From: an uncultured Clostridia bacterium
GTDB lineage: Bacteria; Bacillota; Clostridia; TANB77; CAG-508
DNA length: 64,000 nucleotides
NCBI GenBank assembly: GCA_944386785.1
Contig: CALXCM010000001.1
Coordinates: 15,952 to 79,951, forward strand
Direction of reading: 5' to 3'
Made by a program: the position numbers and the translations under genes. Below are positions 18,856 to 29,200 of this stretch, piece after piece; position 1 is the stretch's first letter, and every line of letters begins with the position of its first letter. Below the pieces are notes generated by a model. That model had not been told where the DNA came from. It worked only from the letters and a program-made list of their open reading frames with translations, and searched no databases.

Positions 18856-19569
18856 ATGCAAAGAATATTAAGTCATATGAGAAAAGCTATAGAAGAATAT
18901 AACATGATAGAGGAAAATGATAAAATTGCAATTTGTTTATCTGGAGGGAAAGATTCTATAACTATGCTTTATGCTTTTAAAGCTCTTCAAAGGTTTTATC
19001 CTAAAAAGTTTCAATTAATAGCAATTAGCATAGACCCCGGTTTTGAATTTTTTGATACAGATTTTCTAAAGCAACTTTGCAAAGATGTGGATATTCCTTT
19101 ATTTATTGAAAAAAGTAATGCAAAAGAAATTGTTTTTGATATTAGAAAGGAAAAAAATCCATGTTCTTTATGTGCTAATTTAAGAAGAGGTGTGATAAAT
19201 TCTGTAGCTATTAGAGAAGGTTGTAATAAAATAGCCCTAGGGCACAATCAAGATGATGTTTTGGAAACTTTCTTACTAAATCTTTTTTATACAGGAAGTA
19301 TTGGTACTTTTGCTCCTAAGAGTTATATGGACAGAAGTAAGATAACTTTAATTAGACCTTTAATATATACCCCTGAAAAAGAGACTAAAAGATTTGTTAA
19401 GAAAAACAACTTAAGTGTTATGAAAAAAGTATGTCCAATGGATGGAACTTCTAAAAGAGAAGATATGAAACAATTAATCTTCACTCTTGGAAAGAAAATA
19501 CCAATGCTAAGAGCAAATTTATTTGGTGCAATAAAAAGAAATTTAAGTGATTGGAATGTAGAAAAATAG
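18856..19569 (+). CDS. ttcA: tRNA 2-thiocytidine biosynthesis protein TtcA (PP-loop ATPase)
   Basis: PP-loop CLSGGKDS and CSLCANLRRG. Confidence 0.8.
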   Translation: MQRILSHMRKAIEEYNMIEENDKIAICLSGGKDSITMLYAFKALQRFYPKKFQLIAISIDPGFEFFDTDFLKQLCKDVDIPLFIEKSNAKEIVFDIRKEKNPCSLCANLRRGVINSVAIREGCNKIALGHNQDDVLETFLLNLFYTGSIGTFAPKSYMDRSKITLIRPLIYTPEKETKRFVKKNNLSVMKKVCPMDGTSKREDMKQLIFTLGKKIPMLRANLFGAIKRNLSDWNVEK

Positions 19570-19611
19570 TAGAAAAATGCTAGAAAAATACTGAAAAATC
19601 CAATAGTTTTA

Positions 19612-19641
19612 TTTGAAAAAAGCCTGATTTTATAGTATAAT
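19612..19641 (+). promoter_or_regulatory. Sigma-A promoter for the 19687 gene
   Basis: TTGAAA, 17 nt, TATAAT. Confidence 0.45.
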
Positions 19642-19686
19642 AAAGTTAGGCTATTTTTTAATAGGGATAGAAAGGAGTTTTCGTAA

Positions 19687-20247
19687 ATGCGGAAAAAGAC
19701 ATTAAGTATTATTGCAACAATTTTAGCCTTAATTTGTGTAGCTGTAGTATCAGTGACATTTTTAGTCAAAAAAGGGGAAGATGCTTTAACTGAAAATCAA
19801 ACTCAGTCAATTGCTTATTTAGTTGAAAAGACTAACTACAATCCTGTACAGATTTCAGCAATTCTTTCTTTTATAGAAGTCGAGTCAGATTTTGACCCTT
19901 CTATGGAATCAGCCAGTGGTGGCTTTGGTTTATGTATGTGGCTTGGTAAGCGCTATGAAAATCTCGAAGAATTCGCAAGTCTTAATGGTGCTAATATCAA
20001 CGACTTAAACCTACAGCTGGAATTTTTAATTCAGGAACTTTCTCCAGATAAAAAGTATTATGCTTTAAAAGATTTTGGTGATTATACTATTATCGATTGG
20101 CTAAATGAAACTGAAAACTGCGAAAAATCTATTGTTATGTTTAGAGGTATTTATGCAGGTCTTACCGGCGAAAACACTAAGCAAGTTGAAAAACAAATAG
20201 ATTTTGCTGAAAAAATTTATCCAACAGTAGTTGCACAAATGAAGTAA
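19687..20247 (+). CDS. Membrane-anchored or secreted phage-tail-lysozyme-like muramidase domain protein
   Basis: Signal/anchor MRKKTLSIIATILALI. The motif block IEVESDFDP...GGFGLCMWLGKR...LQLEFLIQEL parallels the block in the T4SS hydrolase (YYESGGFNP...GIGLCQWSFGRK...IQVEFLVGEL). Confidence 0.6.
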   Translation: MRKKTLSIIATILALICVAVVSVTFLVKKGEDALTENQTQSIAYLVEKTNYNPVQISAILSFIEVESDFDPSMESASGGFGLCMWLGKRYENLEEFASLNGANINDLNLQLEFLIQELSPDKKYYALKDFGDYTIIDWLNETENCEKSIVMFRGIYAGLTGENTKQVEKQIDFAEKIYPTVVAQMK

Positions 20248-20253
20248 TCCCAA

Positions 20254-20281
20254 AAAGACATTGGTTTTTTCCAATGTCTTT
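20254..20281. terminator. Bidirectional terminator
   Basis: Stem AAAGACATTGG/CCAATGTCTTT. Confidence 0.6.
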
Positions 20282-20329
20282 TAATTTAATATTTTATATT
20301 TTATATTTTTTTATATTTAAAATTTAAAA

Positions 20330-22060
20330 TTAGCTTTTTCCATTTACAATGTCTAACATTGCATTTTCTAAATAATCTAGTTTTTCTTTTGCATCTTTAC
20401 TGTCTTTTCCTTTTACTCCCATATATAGTTTTATTTTAGGCTCTGTTCCAGAAGGTCTTATACAGCACCAGTTGTTTTCTTCTAATTCATAGTATAAGAC
20501 ATCTGATGTAGGAAGTCCTGTTTTTGTAATTTCCCCTGTTTTCATGTTTTTTACTATATCTTCTTTGATATCTTTAAATGTTAAAACATCATATTTTCCA
20601 ATTTTAAAGATATCTTTATTTCTCATGTTTTCCATCATTTGTTTTATTTCTCTTGCACCTTCTACCCCTTCTCTTATGATAGAAACTTGTACTTCTTTAT
20701 AATATCCATATTTTTTATAAATATCTTGCATTGCATCCCATAGAGTTTTTCCTTTAGATTTATAATAACATGCCGCTTCACAAAGTGACATAACAGCAGA
20801 AATTCCATCTTTATCTCTTGCATAGTCTCCAATTAAGCAACCATAACTTTCTTCATAGCCAAATACATATTTTCCGCCTTTTTCTTCTTCTTTTCTAATA
20901 ACTGCACCGATATTTTTAAATCCTGTTAAAACTTCATAACATTTTAAATTATATTCTTTTGCAATAGCTTTTGCTAAGTCAGATGATACAACAGTTGTTA
21001 CAAAATATCCGTTATCTGGCAAAATACCTTTTTCTTTCATTTGAGATATTCTATATTCTGCAATTAGTAATGCTGACATATTTCCTGTGTAATTCATATA
21101 TTCATTTGTTTTACTATCTTTTGCAAAAACTCCTAATCTATCTGCATCAGGGTCTGTTGCTACTACTACATCTGCATTTACCTTTTTTGCAAGTTCTAAT
21201 GCTAGTTTAAAAGCTTTAGGATCTTCTGGGTTTGGATAATCAACTGTTGGGAAGTTTCCATCTGGTTCTTTTTGTTCTGGTACAACATAAACATTTTCTA
21301 GCCCTAATTCTTTTAACAACCTTTCAGTAACAGTATTTCCTGTACCATGTAATGGAGTATATACCACTTTTAGCTCTTTTCCTTCTTTTTTTACTATTTC
21401 TGGATTTAAAACTAAATTTTTAAGTGTTCCTAAATATTTATCATCCATTTCTTTTCCTATAATATTTAATAATCCTTTTTCTATTGCTTCTTCTTTAGAA
21501 ATTGTTTTTATTTCATTAAAAGATTCTACTTCTCTTACTTTTTTTATTATATCTTTATCTCTTGGAGAATTTATTTGAGCTCCATCTTCCCAATATACTT
21601 TATATCCGTTATATTTTGGTGGATTATGACTTGCTGTTATCATAACACCTGCTGTACATCCTAAATTTCTTACAGTAAAAGATAATTCTGGAACAGGTCT
21701 TAAGTTTTGGAATAAATATGTTTTTATTCCATTTGCACAAAAGATTAATGCAGTTTGCAAACTGAATTCTTTTGACATTTTTCTAGAGTCATAACTTATT
21801 GCAACACCTTGTTTTTCTTTTTTTTGCTCTAAAATATAGTTTGCTAATCCTTGTGTTGCTTTTCCTACAGTATATTTATTCATTCTATTTGTTCCAGCAC
21901 CAATTATCCCACGAAGGCCAGCTGTTCCAAATTCTAATTCTTTATAAAATCTATCTTCAATTTCTTCTTTATTGTCTTTTATTGAAATTAATTCTTTTTT
22001 TGTTTCCTCGTCAAATTCTGAACTTTCAATCCATCTTTGATATTCTTTTAAATAATCCAT
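20330..22060 (-). CDS. pgcA: Alpha-D-phosphohexomutase (phosphoglucomutase, PgcA-like)
   Basis: Active-site loop TASHNPPKYNGYK. ATG at 22060 follows a GGAGG RBS. Confidence 0.85.
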   Translation of the reverse strand: MDYLKEYQRWIESSEFDEETKKELISIKDNKEEIEDRFYKELEFGTAGLRGIIGAGTNRMNKYTVGKATQGLANYILEQKKEKQGVAISYDSRKMSKEFSLQTALIFCANGIKTYLFQNLRPVPELSFTVRNLGCTAGVMITASHNPPKYNGYKVYWEDGAQINSPRDKDIIKKVREVESFNEIKTISKEEAIEKGLLNIIGKEMDDKYLGTLKNLVLNPEIVKKEGKELKVVYTPLHGTGNTVTERLLKELGLENVYVVPEQKEPDGNFPTVDYPNPEDPKAFKLALELAKKVNADVVVATDPDADRLGVFAKDSKTNEYMNYTGNMSALLIAEYRISQMKEKGILPDNGYFVTTVVSSDLAKAIAKEYNLKCYEVLTGFKNIGAVIRKEEEKGGKYVFGYEESYGCLIGDYARDKDGISAVMSLCEAACYYKSKGKTLWDAMQDIYKKYGYYKEVQVSIIREGVEGAREIKQMMENMRNKDIFKIGKYDVLTFKDIKEDIVKNMKTGEITKTGLPTSDVLYYELEENNWCCIRPSGTEPKIKLYMGVKGKDSKDAKEKLDYLENAMLDIVNGKS

Positions 22061-22133
22061 ATTCTTCCTCCTATATATGACAATAAATGTCACATTAAAC
22101 TTTTAGATTTAGCTATTAATGTGACATTTTTAA

Positions 22134-23384
22134 TTAATCCAAATTATGATATTTTCTATATAATCTTCTTGCTGTTTTTGGGCAATCCACACCAACATCA
22201 TCTGAGTTTTTAACTGGTGCAAATTCTTCTTCCCTTTTTACTCTAAGTATTGCCATTTCGTCCACTTCTCCAAATGCATCAAATAAAAATGCCTCAAATT
22301 TATATGCATTAGGTGAATCTGGAACAATTATTTTCCCGTCTTTATCCATATATTTTGCTTTTTTATATGCAATATGATATGGTAGTGGTTCTGAGCCCAT
22401 TCTTTCTATTGCACTTATATTAAATAAATTGCATAAAATATGTGACTCTCCATATAATAATTCTCCATTTTCATCTCTTGCTTCTGCCATGTCATCTGTT
22501 ATTTCTGAATATTCTATTACATTTGGTTTTCCATTTCTTTTGCAAAATACCCCTACTTTTTCATGAGGATTTGCTTTTACAACTGACTTACAAGCAACTG
22601 TTACTCCTTTATCAATTGCTATTCCCATAAGTACAGGATCTACCATTTTTACTAAACAATTATCTACTCCACCAATAAATACCCATTCAATACCTAATCT
22701 TTTCATTATTTTTACCATGCCACTTTTTAATAAAGATTCATAAATTCCACCATGTCCATCTGCAGCACTTTTAATTAATCCATCTTCTCCAATTAGAATT
22801 TTTCCTTCTGTATCTATCATAGGTAATTCTCCTTGGATAAAGAAGAATATATTTTTATCTTTTTGATGACCAAAATATCTATGTTTTTCAAAAAATTCTA
22901 GTGTTTCTTTATTGTTTTCTCTACTTGTCATTATAAACCAAGGAATTGTTACTTGGTATTTTTTTTCTTCTTCTTTTATACCATCTGATAAAAGTTCAAA
23001 TAATGATTTATGAGATTCTAAGCCTATATCAAAAGTTCCTTTAGGTCCTGTATGACCTAGTCTTGTTCCTTGGCCTCCTGCCATAGTTACTACAGCAAGT
23101 TTTCCTTCTTTTATAGCTTTTTTTCCTATATTTTCATAATATTTATAATCATCATATAATTTGTATTTATCTAAATATTCTATTGGTGTTATAACATCTT
23201 CTGAAGTTTTTTCTTCTTGTTCTGTTTTACTATATAAATTTTTTATTAATTCAAAATCTATATTTTCTATTTCCTTTAATAATTCTTTCTTTTTGGCATC
23301 ATCTAGTTTTTCATAATGGCTTAGTAAATGTTCTTGCCCATACTTTTTTAAAAGGGCTTTTATTTCGTTTAATTTTTCTTCCAT
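22134..23384 (-). CDS. UDP-sugar / UDP-GlcNAc pyrophosphorylase (UDPGP family)
   Basis: Nucleotide-binding loop VTMAGGQGTRLGHTGPKGTF. Confidence 0.75.
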   Translation of the reverse strand: MEEKLNEIKALLKKYGQEHLLSHYEKLDDAKKKELLKEIENIDFELIKNLYSKTEQEEKTSEDVITPIEYLDKYKLYDDYKYYENIGKKAIKEGKLAVVTMAGGQGTRLGHTGPKGTFDIGLESHKSLFELLSDGIKEEEKKYQVTIPWFIMTSRENNKETLEFFEKHRYFGHQKDKNIFFFIQGELPMIDTEGKILIGEDGLIKSAADGHGGIYESLLKSGMVKIMKRLGIEWVFIGGVDNCLVKMVDPVLMGIAIDKGVTVACKSVVKANPHEKVGVFCKRNGKPNVIEYSEITDDMAEARDENGELLYGESHILCNLFNISAIERMGSEPLPYHIAYKKAKYMDKDGKIIVPDSPNAYKFEAFLFDAFGEVDEMAILRVKREEEFAPVKNSDDVGVDCPKTARRLYRKYHNLD

Positions 23385-23465
23385 AGTACTTCTTCCTTTT
23401 CCTCTTGTTTTTCTTTATATCTTTATATACTATTTTTTAAAAATTTGCAAGCCCCTTATTTTTTA

Positions 23466-23942
23466 TTATATCCTTCCTAATTTTTCTTTATTTTCTATAA
23501 CTTTTTCTCCTGTTGTACTTAAAACTTTTTCATATTTATCTACTATATTATCCATTGTTTCAGATACTTCTTCTATGTTATAGCAATCAATTATTTTTAT
23601 ATTTCCTCTTTTTTTATCCATTTTTTCTATGTCTTTATTAGCTTTTTCAATATATTTTAGTTTTCCTTTTACAAATATTACAACATCTTCTCCTTTTTCT
23701 ATATTTTCTTTTATTGTTTCTAATTTTTCTTTATTGTTATTATCCCACTTTAAATTTAATATATTTTCTTTTTTCTTATCACTTAAATTTATATGTTCAA
23801 CTAATGTTTTCATTGTTTTCTCTAAATTATTTTCTGTAAGTATATATACTTTTTTATCTCTTCTTAGTCTATTTTCTATATATGGTAAACTTATCATTTC
23901 AAAATGATAATCACTTGCATAAAATGCACATGTTTTATTCAT
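23466..23942 (-). CDS. Hypothetical protein
   Basis: 159-aa ORF starting at MNKTCAFYASDYHFEM, after an AAAGGGCGGG RBS. Confidence 0.5.
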   Translation of the reverse strand: MNKTCAFYASDYHFEMISLPYIENRLRRDKKVYILTENNLEKTMKTLVEHINLSDKKKENILNLKWDNNNKEKLETIKENIEKGEDVVIFVKGKLKYIEKANKDIEKMDKKRGNIKIIDCYNIEEVSETMDNIVDKYEKVLSTTGEKVIENKEKLGRI

Positions 23943-24081
23943 TAAAACCCGCCCTTTCATTTTCTTTTGAATCTTACGGAAATCAATATTTTCTGTTTGT
24001 TTCTTACTGGTAAATTTTACCATTGTTCTTTCGTATTGTCAATATAATTTTTATGAAAATTCATCGACTTTTTTCGCAAAA

Positions 24082-24109
24082 GTATATTTTTCTCATAATT
24101 GGAAATAAT
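24082..24109 (+). promoter_or_regulatory. Sigma-F-type forespore promoter upstream of spoIIR
   Basis: GTATA, 14 nt, GGAAATAAT fits the sigma-F consensus (GTATA/GCATR, about 15 nt, GGnnAnAnTW). spoIIR is sigma-F dependent in B. subtilis. Confidence 0.45.
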
Positions 24110-24157
24110 TCAAATATATATGAATTATTTTTTAATTTTGTTTATCGGAGGTAATAT

Positions 24158-24805
24158 ATGAAAAAAAATCCCAAACTAAAAATGATTTCCATTTTAACTT
24201 TTTTAATATTTATATATTCTGGAATTTGTGCTTTTTCTTACGCAAAAAATGTATCTTTAGATATTTCAGAAAGTGTTTTTCGTCTTCATGTTATTGCAAA
24301 TAGTGATTCTAAAGAAGATCAAGATTTAAAATATAAAGTGCGTGATAGTTTATTAGAATATATGAATAGCATTTGTAAAGATTGCTCTTCAAAAGAAGAA
24401 GCTATCTCTTTAGTAGAAAAAAATAAAGAAAATTTCAAAAAGATTGCAGAAGATACTATAAAAAGTGAAGGTTATTCTTATACTGTTAATATAAATATTG
24501 GTAATTTTGAATTTCCTACAAAAACTTATGGTGACATTTCTCTTCCTGCTGGTTTTTATGATGCTCTTCGTGTAGAAATTGGAGAAGCTAAAGGTCAAAA
24601 CTGGTGGTGTGTAATGTTTCCACCTTTATGTTTTGTAGATATTTCATCTGGAATTGTTCCTGACCAGTCTAAAGAAACTATGAAAGAAAATCTTTCTAAT
24701 GAAGAATATGCCTTGATTTCAGATGACTCTAATACACAAATACAGTTTAAATTTAAACTATTAGAATTCTTTACAAATAGTGGATTTATAACTGCTAAAA
24801 AATAA
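24158..24805 (+). CDS. spoIIR: Stage II sporulation protein R
   Basis: Signal peptide, FRLHVIANSDSKEDQDLKYKVRD, and NWWCVMFPPLCF. Confidence 0.85.
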   Translation: MKKNPKLKMISILTFLIFIYSGICAFSYAKNVSLDISESVFRLHVIANSDSKEDQDLKYKVRDSLLEYMNSICKDCSSKEEAISLVEKNKENFKKIAEDTIKSEGYSYTVNINIGNFEFPTKTYGDISLPAGFYDALRVEIGEAKGQNWWCVMFPPLCFVDISSGIVPDQSKETMKENLSNEEYALISDDSNTQIQFKFKLLEFFTNSGFITAKK

Positions 24806-24890
24806 CTTGCATTACTAATATTTTTATGGTATATTTTATTCGTAAAATTATGATTAGTAATAAATTATTCTAACTTATGGAGGTAATCAA

Positions 24891-26150
24891 ATGGAAAAAT
24901 TAGTAGTTACAGGTCCTACCAGATTAGAAGGAGAAGTTACAATAAGTGGTGCAAAAAACGCTGCTGTTGCAATACTTCCTGCTACACTTTTAATAGATGG
25001 TACTTGTACAATTGAAAATTTACCAAATATTAGTGACATAAAAATATCTTGCGAAATTTTAGAAAAACTTGGTGCAAAAATAGATTGGATAGATGAACAT
25101 ACAATTACAATAGATACAAGAAATATTTCTACAACAAAAGCACCACTTGATTTAACAAGTAAATTTAGAGCATCATATTATTTAATTGGTGCAATGCTTG
25201 GTCGTATGGGGGAAATTGAAGTTGGTATGCCTGGAGGTTGTAAATTAGGTGCAAGACCAATTGATCAGCATATAAAAGGTTTTGAAATATTAGGTGCAAA
25301 TGTTAGTCTTGAAAAAGGAACTATATATGCAAAGGCAGATAAATTAGAAGGTTCTTCTATATATATGGATATTGTATCTGTTGGAGCAACAATAAATGTA
25401 ATGCTAGCTGCGGTTTTAGCAAATGGTACTACAATTATTGAAAATGCTGCAAAAGAGCCTCATATTGTTGATGTTGCAAACTTTTTAAATACAATGGGTG
25501 CTAATATTAGAGGTGCTGGAACTGATGTAATAAAAATAAAAGGTGTAGAAAAACTACATGGAAACAGTACATATTCTGTTGTTCCAGATCAAATAGAAGC
25601 AGGAACTTTTATGCTTGCAGCTCTTGCTACAAAAGGAGATATTACATTAAAAAATTGTATTACAGAACACTTAGATTCTATTATTGCAAAAATTAAAGAA
25701 GTTGGAGGCCATGTAGAAGATTATGGAGATAGCATAAGAGTATGGTGTGACAAAAGACCTAAAAAAGCTACTATAAAAACATTACCATATCCAGGTTTCC
25801 CAACAGACTTACAACCACAAATGGGTGTTGTTTTATCTTTAGCAGATGGAACAAGTGTAATTAATGAAAGCATATGGGAATCTAGATTTCAATATACTGA
25901 AGAATTAAACAGAATGGGAGCTAGAATAACAGCTCAAGGAAAAACAGCATTTTTTGAAGGTGTAGAAAGTCTTCATGGTGCTCCTGTTTATTCTACAGAT
26001 TTAAGAGCTGGAGCAGCTTTAGTTATAGCTGGAACTGCAGCAAATGGAGAAACAGACATATATAATATTGAACATATCGACAGAGGATATGAAAATATAG
26101 AAGGTAAATTTAAAAATTTAGGAGCAAATATCAAAAGAGTAAGAGAGTAA
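24891..26150 (+). CDS. murA: UDP-N-acetylglucosamine 1-carboxyvinyltransferase
   Basis: EPSP-synthase-fold MurA pattern (SGAKNAAVAILPA, active-site loop PGGCKLGARPIDQH). Confidence 0.95.
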   Translation: MEKLVVTGPTRLEGEVTISGAKNAAVAILPATLLIDGTCTIENLPNISDIKISCEILEKLGAKIDWIDEHTITIDTRNISTTKAPLDLTSKFRASYYLIGAMLGRMGEIEVGMPGGCKLGARPIDQHIKGFEILGANVSLEKGTIYAKADKLEGSSIYMDIVSVGATINVMLAAVLANGTTIIENAAKEPHIVDVANFLNTMGANIRGAGTDVIKIKGVEKLHGNSTYSVVPDQIEAGTFMLAALATKGDITLKNCITEHLDSIIAKIKEVGGHVEDYGDSIRVWCDKRPKKATIKTLPYPGFPTDLQPQMGVVLSLADGTSVINESIWESRFQYTEELNRMGARITAQGKTAFFEGVESLHGAPVYSTDLRAGAALVIAGTAANGETDIYNIEHIDRGYENIEGKFKNLGANIKRVRE

Positions 26151-26166
26151 CAAAGGAAGTAATTAT

Positions 26167-26955
26167 ATGTTTAATTTTTGTAGTTTATACAGTGGTAGCA
26201 GTGGAAACAGCTTGTTTGTTGAAACTCCTAATACTAAACTTTTAATAGATGCAGGTGTAAGTAGTAAAAAAATCGAAACTGCTTTAAAAAGTATTGATGT
26301 TGACCCTTCTAGTTTAGATGGAATATTAATAACACATGAACATACTGACCATGTACAGGGATTAGGTACTTTTTCTAGAAAATTTGACTTACCTGTATTT
26401 GTAAATAGCAAAACTTTAGATGCAATGCCAAAACAAAAAGATAAAATACCAGCAAAAAACATTAAAACATTTGAAGTAAATGACAAATTTTCTATTAATG
26501 ATTTAGATATAAAATCATTTTCAATACCACATGATGCAGCAAACCCTTGCGGTTTTAGCATTTTAAAAGGAGATAAAAAAATAAGTATTGCAACAGATAT
26601 TGGCCATATGACAAATTCAATAATTAAAAACTTAGAAGAAAGTTTATTTGTTTTGTTGGAATCAAATTATGACCCGGAAGTTTTAAGGTGTTCTTCTTAT
26701 CCTTTTAATTTAAAAAGTAGAATTGCAGGTCCAACAGGACATTTATCAAACGAGATGGCAGGAAAAACAATTTCATACTTATTAAAATCAGGACTAAAAA
26801 ATGCTATTTTAGGACATTTAAGTAAAGAAAGTAATTTTCCAGAGCTTGCTTATCAAACAGTAGTTGATGAATTAATTTCTAACAATTATGATGAAAATGC
26901 TTTATCACTTCTAGTTGCACCAAGAGATGAACATAGTAAAATTATAGAATTATAA
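26167..26955 (+). CDS. MBL-fold metallo-hydrolase (YycJ/WalJ-like)
   Basis: HEHTDH motif and family-typical length. Confidence 0.8.
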   Translation: MFNFCSLYSGSSGNSLFVETPNTKLLIDAGVSSKKIETALKSIDVDPSSLDGILITHEHTDHVQGLGTFSRKFDLPVFVNSKTLDAMPKQKDKIPAKNIKTFEVNDKFSINDLDIKSFSIPHDAANPCGFSILKGDKKISIATDIGHMTNSIIKNLEESLFVLLESNYDPEVLRCSSYPFNLKSRIAGPTGHLSNEMAGKTISYLLKSGLKNAILGHLSKESNFPELAYQTVVDELISNNYDENALSLLVAPRDEHSKIIEL

Positions 26956-26977
26956 TATTTATTAGATAGGAGAAAAC

Positions 26978-27457
26978 ATGTTAAATATTCAGATTATATG
27001 TGTTGGCAAAGTAAAAGAAACATATTTAAAAGAAGCTATTTTAGAATATTCAAAAAGACTTTCTAAATACATAAAATTAGATATATTAGAACTACCAGAT
27101 GAAAAAATTCCTGATAAAATAAATGATAATATAATAGAAACTATTAAAACTAAAGAATGTAATAATATTATAAATCACTTAAAAAAAGATTCATATATTA
27201 TCGCTTTAGATTTAAAAGGAAAAGAATTTTCATCTGAAGAGTTTTCTAAAAATTTAGATAAAATCTCTATGGAAAATAGTCATGTTACATTTATAATAGG
27301 TGGTAGTCTAGGGCTTACAAAAGACCTTCTAAATATGTGTAATCAGAAAATTTGCTTTTCTAAGATGACTTTTCCTCATCAATTAATAAGAGTGTTTCTT
27401 TTAGAGCAAATTTTTAGGGCTTTTAAAATTTCTAATGGAGAAACATATCATCGTTAA
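26978..27457 (+). CDS. rlmH: 23S rRNA (pseudouridine1915-N3)-methyltransferase
   Basis: 159-aa SPOUT protein with IIGGSLG and a C-terminal ETYHR-type end. Confidence 0.9.
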   Translation: MLNIQIICVGKVKETYLKEAILEYSKRLSKYIKLDILELPDEKIPDKINDNIIETIKTKECNNIINHLKKDSYIIALDLKGKEFSSEEFSKNLDKISMENSHVTFIIGGSLGLTKDLLNMCNQKICFSKMTFPHQLIRVFLLEQIFRAFKISNGETYHR

Positions 27458-27891
27458 TATTTTATTTAATTTATATATTTGTAGGAAGCATCATATACTA
27501 CTAATAAGAATGGAGATGATTTTTTAAACATAGGGGCAACTATATGTAAAAGATCTATCTTTTATGCTTCCTACAAGATTAATAACTTTTTATTCTTTAA
27601 TTTTATTTTTCGATTTTATTTTTCAGAAATAATTTTTTCTAATTTTTTACTTAAAATTTTGATTAAAATTTTTCTTACTATAAAAAATATCATGAAAAAA
27701 ATAATTAATTTAAATATTTCAATCAGTCCTTTTTTAATTTTCTTTATTATATTATCAAAGTAAATCTCTGTCAATAATAAAGTTTTGACAAAAATCGACA
27801 TATATCAACAAATATTTGGGTAAAATATATTTGCTACATTCATATTATATCAAAAAATTTACTAAAATTTACATTTTTTAGCATAAATTGA

Positions 27892-27920
27892 TTGACCTTA
27901 AGTTAGTTTTGTGATATAGT
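27892..27920 (+). promoter_or_regulatory. Sigma-A promoter of abrB
   Basis: TTGACC, 17 nt, TATAGT. Confidence 0.5.
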
Positions 27921-27963
27921 AGGTTCAAAAGGATTGATAACCGTCTTTTAAGGAGGTCTGATT

Positions 27964-28224
27964 ATGAAATCAACAGGTATAATAAGAAGAGTAGATGAAT
28001 TAGGAAGGGTTGTAATTCCAATTGAAATAAGAAATCAATTTGATATTCTTGAAAAAGATCCAATAGAAATATATGTAGAAGGTTCTTCAATAATTTTAAA
28101 GAAATTTGAATCTAATTGTATTTTCTGTGGAAGCACTAAAGATTTATCATCTTATCATGATAAACTTATTTGCAAAGATTGTGCAAAAAAAATTGGAAAT
28201 CTAGACTCTAAAAAAGAAAAATAA
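27964..28224 (+). CDS. abrB: Transition-state regulator AbrB
   Basis: MKSTGIIRRVDELGRVVIPIEIR looped-hinge-helix N-terminus. The C-terminal part carries CxxC...CxxC. Confidence 0.85.
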   Translation: MKSTGIIRRVDELGRVVIPIEIRNQFDILEKDPIEIYVEGSSIILKKFESNCIFCGSTKDLSSYHDKLICKDCAKKIGNLDSKKEK

Positions 28225-28245
28225 TGCATTTAGTCTTTTTATAGT

Positions 28246-28304
28246 AAAGTGTCCTTAAAATAAGCTGTTACATTAAGCTTAACAGTTTATTTTAAGGACA
28301 CTTT
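28246..28304. terminator. Long hairpin terminator after abrB
   Basis: A stem of roughly 25 bp, AAAGTGTCCTTAAAATAAGCTGTTA / TAACAGTTTATTTTAAGGACACTTT. Confidence 0.6.
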
Positions 28305-28333
28305 CTTTTATTTATTATTTATTTTTTATTCCT

Positions 28334-29162
28334 TTAATTAATAAATTTTTTATATATTTCATTTTTAGGCAGGTTTCTATCTTTTGCAATTTTTTTAATT
28401 ATTTCTTTTTTCTCTAATCCTTGGTTTTTATAAAATTCAAAATGTTCTTCTAAAGTAAGGTTTAATAAATTATTTTCATCTTTAGTATTTTCTTTTTCTT
28501 TATTTCCTTCTATTATTAAAACAATTTCACCTTTTAGATTTTCTGATTTTTCTAAAATTTCATCAATTGTTCCTCTTATATATTCTTCATGAATTTTAGT
28601 TATTTCCCTTGCTAAAACAACTTTTCTTTGTCCTAAAAACTTTTTTAAATCTGATAACGTATTTTTTAATTTATGTGGTGCCTCATAAATTATTAAAGTC
28701 TTTGAACTTTCTTCTATTTCTTCTAACTTTTGTTTTCTTGATTTTTTATTTAAAGGTAAAAAGCCTAAAAAAGTAAATTCTTTTGTTGATATTCCGAGAA
28801 GCAATTAAAGCATTAATCATTGCACAGGCACCCGGAATTGGAGTTACTTTTATATTTTCTTTAATACATTCATAAATTATAACTTCTCCTGGGTCACATA
28901 TTCCAGGTGTACCAGCATCAGAAACTAATGCAATATTTTCTCCTTTTTTTAATCTATCTATTATCATTTCTTTTCTTTGGTCTTCATTATGTCTGTGATA
29001 GCTAATTAGTGGCTTTGAAATATTTAAATGATTTAAAAGTTTTAGAGTATGTCTTGTATCTTCTGCAATTATTAAATCTACTTCTTTTAATACTTTTATA
29101 GCTCTTAGAGTAATATCATCTAAATTTCCTATTGGTGTTGCAACTATATATAATTCTCCCAT
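28334..29162 (-). CDS. rsmI: 16S rRNA (cytidine1402-2'-O)-methyltransferase RsmI, reading frame interrupted at 28796
   Basis: N-terminal part LYIVATPIGNLDDITLRA...PGACAMINALIAS and C-terminal part GISTKEFTFLGFLP...YEAPHK. They join exactly at the conserved ..SG.. when the C of CGG (28794-28796) is skipped. Confidence 0.85.
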
Positions 29163-29200
29163 TTTTGCACCTTCCTTTTTTTAACTATTTTACTTTGTAT

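Noticed and set aside
27616-27801. 61-aa minus-strand ORF between rlmH and abrB
   Set aside because: It is a Lys/Ile/Phe-rich low-complexity sequence with no convincing RBS. It may be a small membrane protein, but the support is too weak to call.
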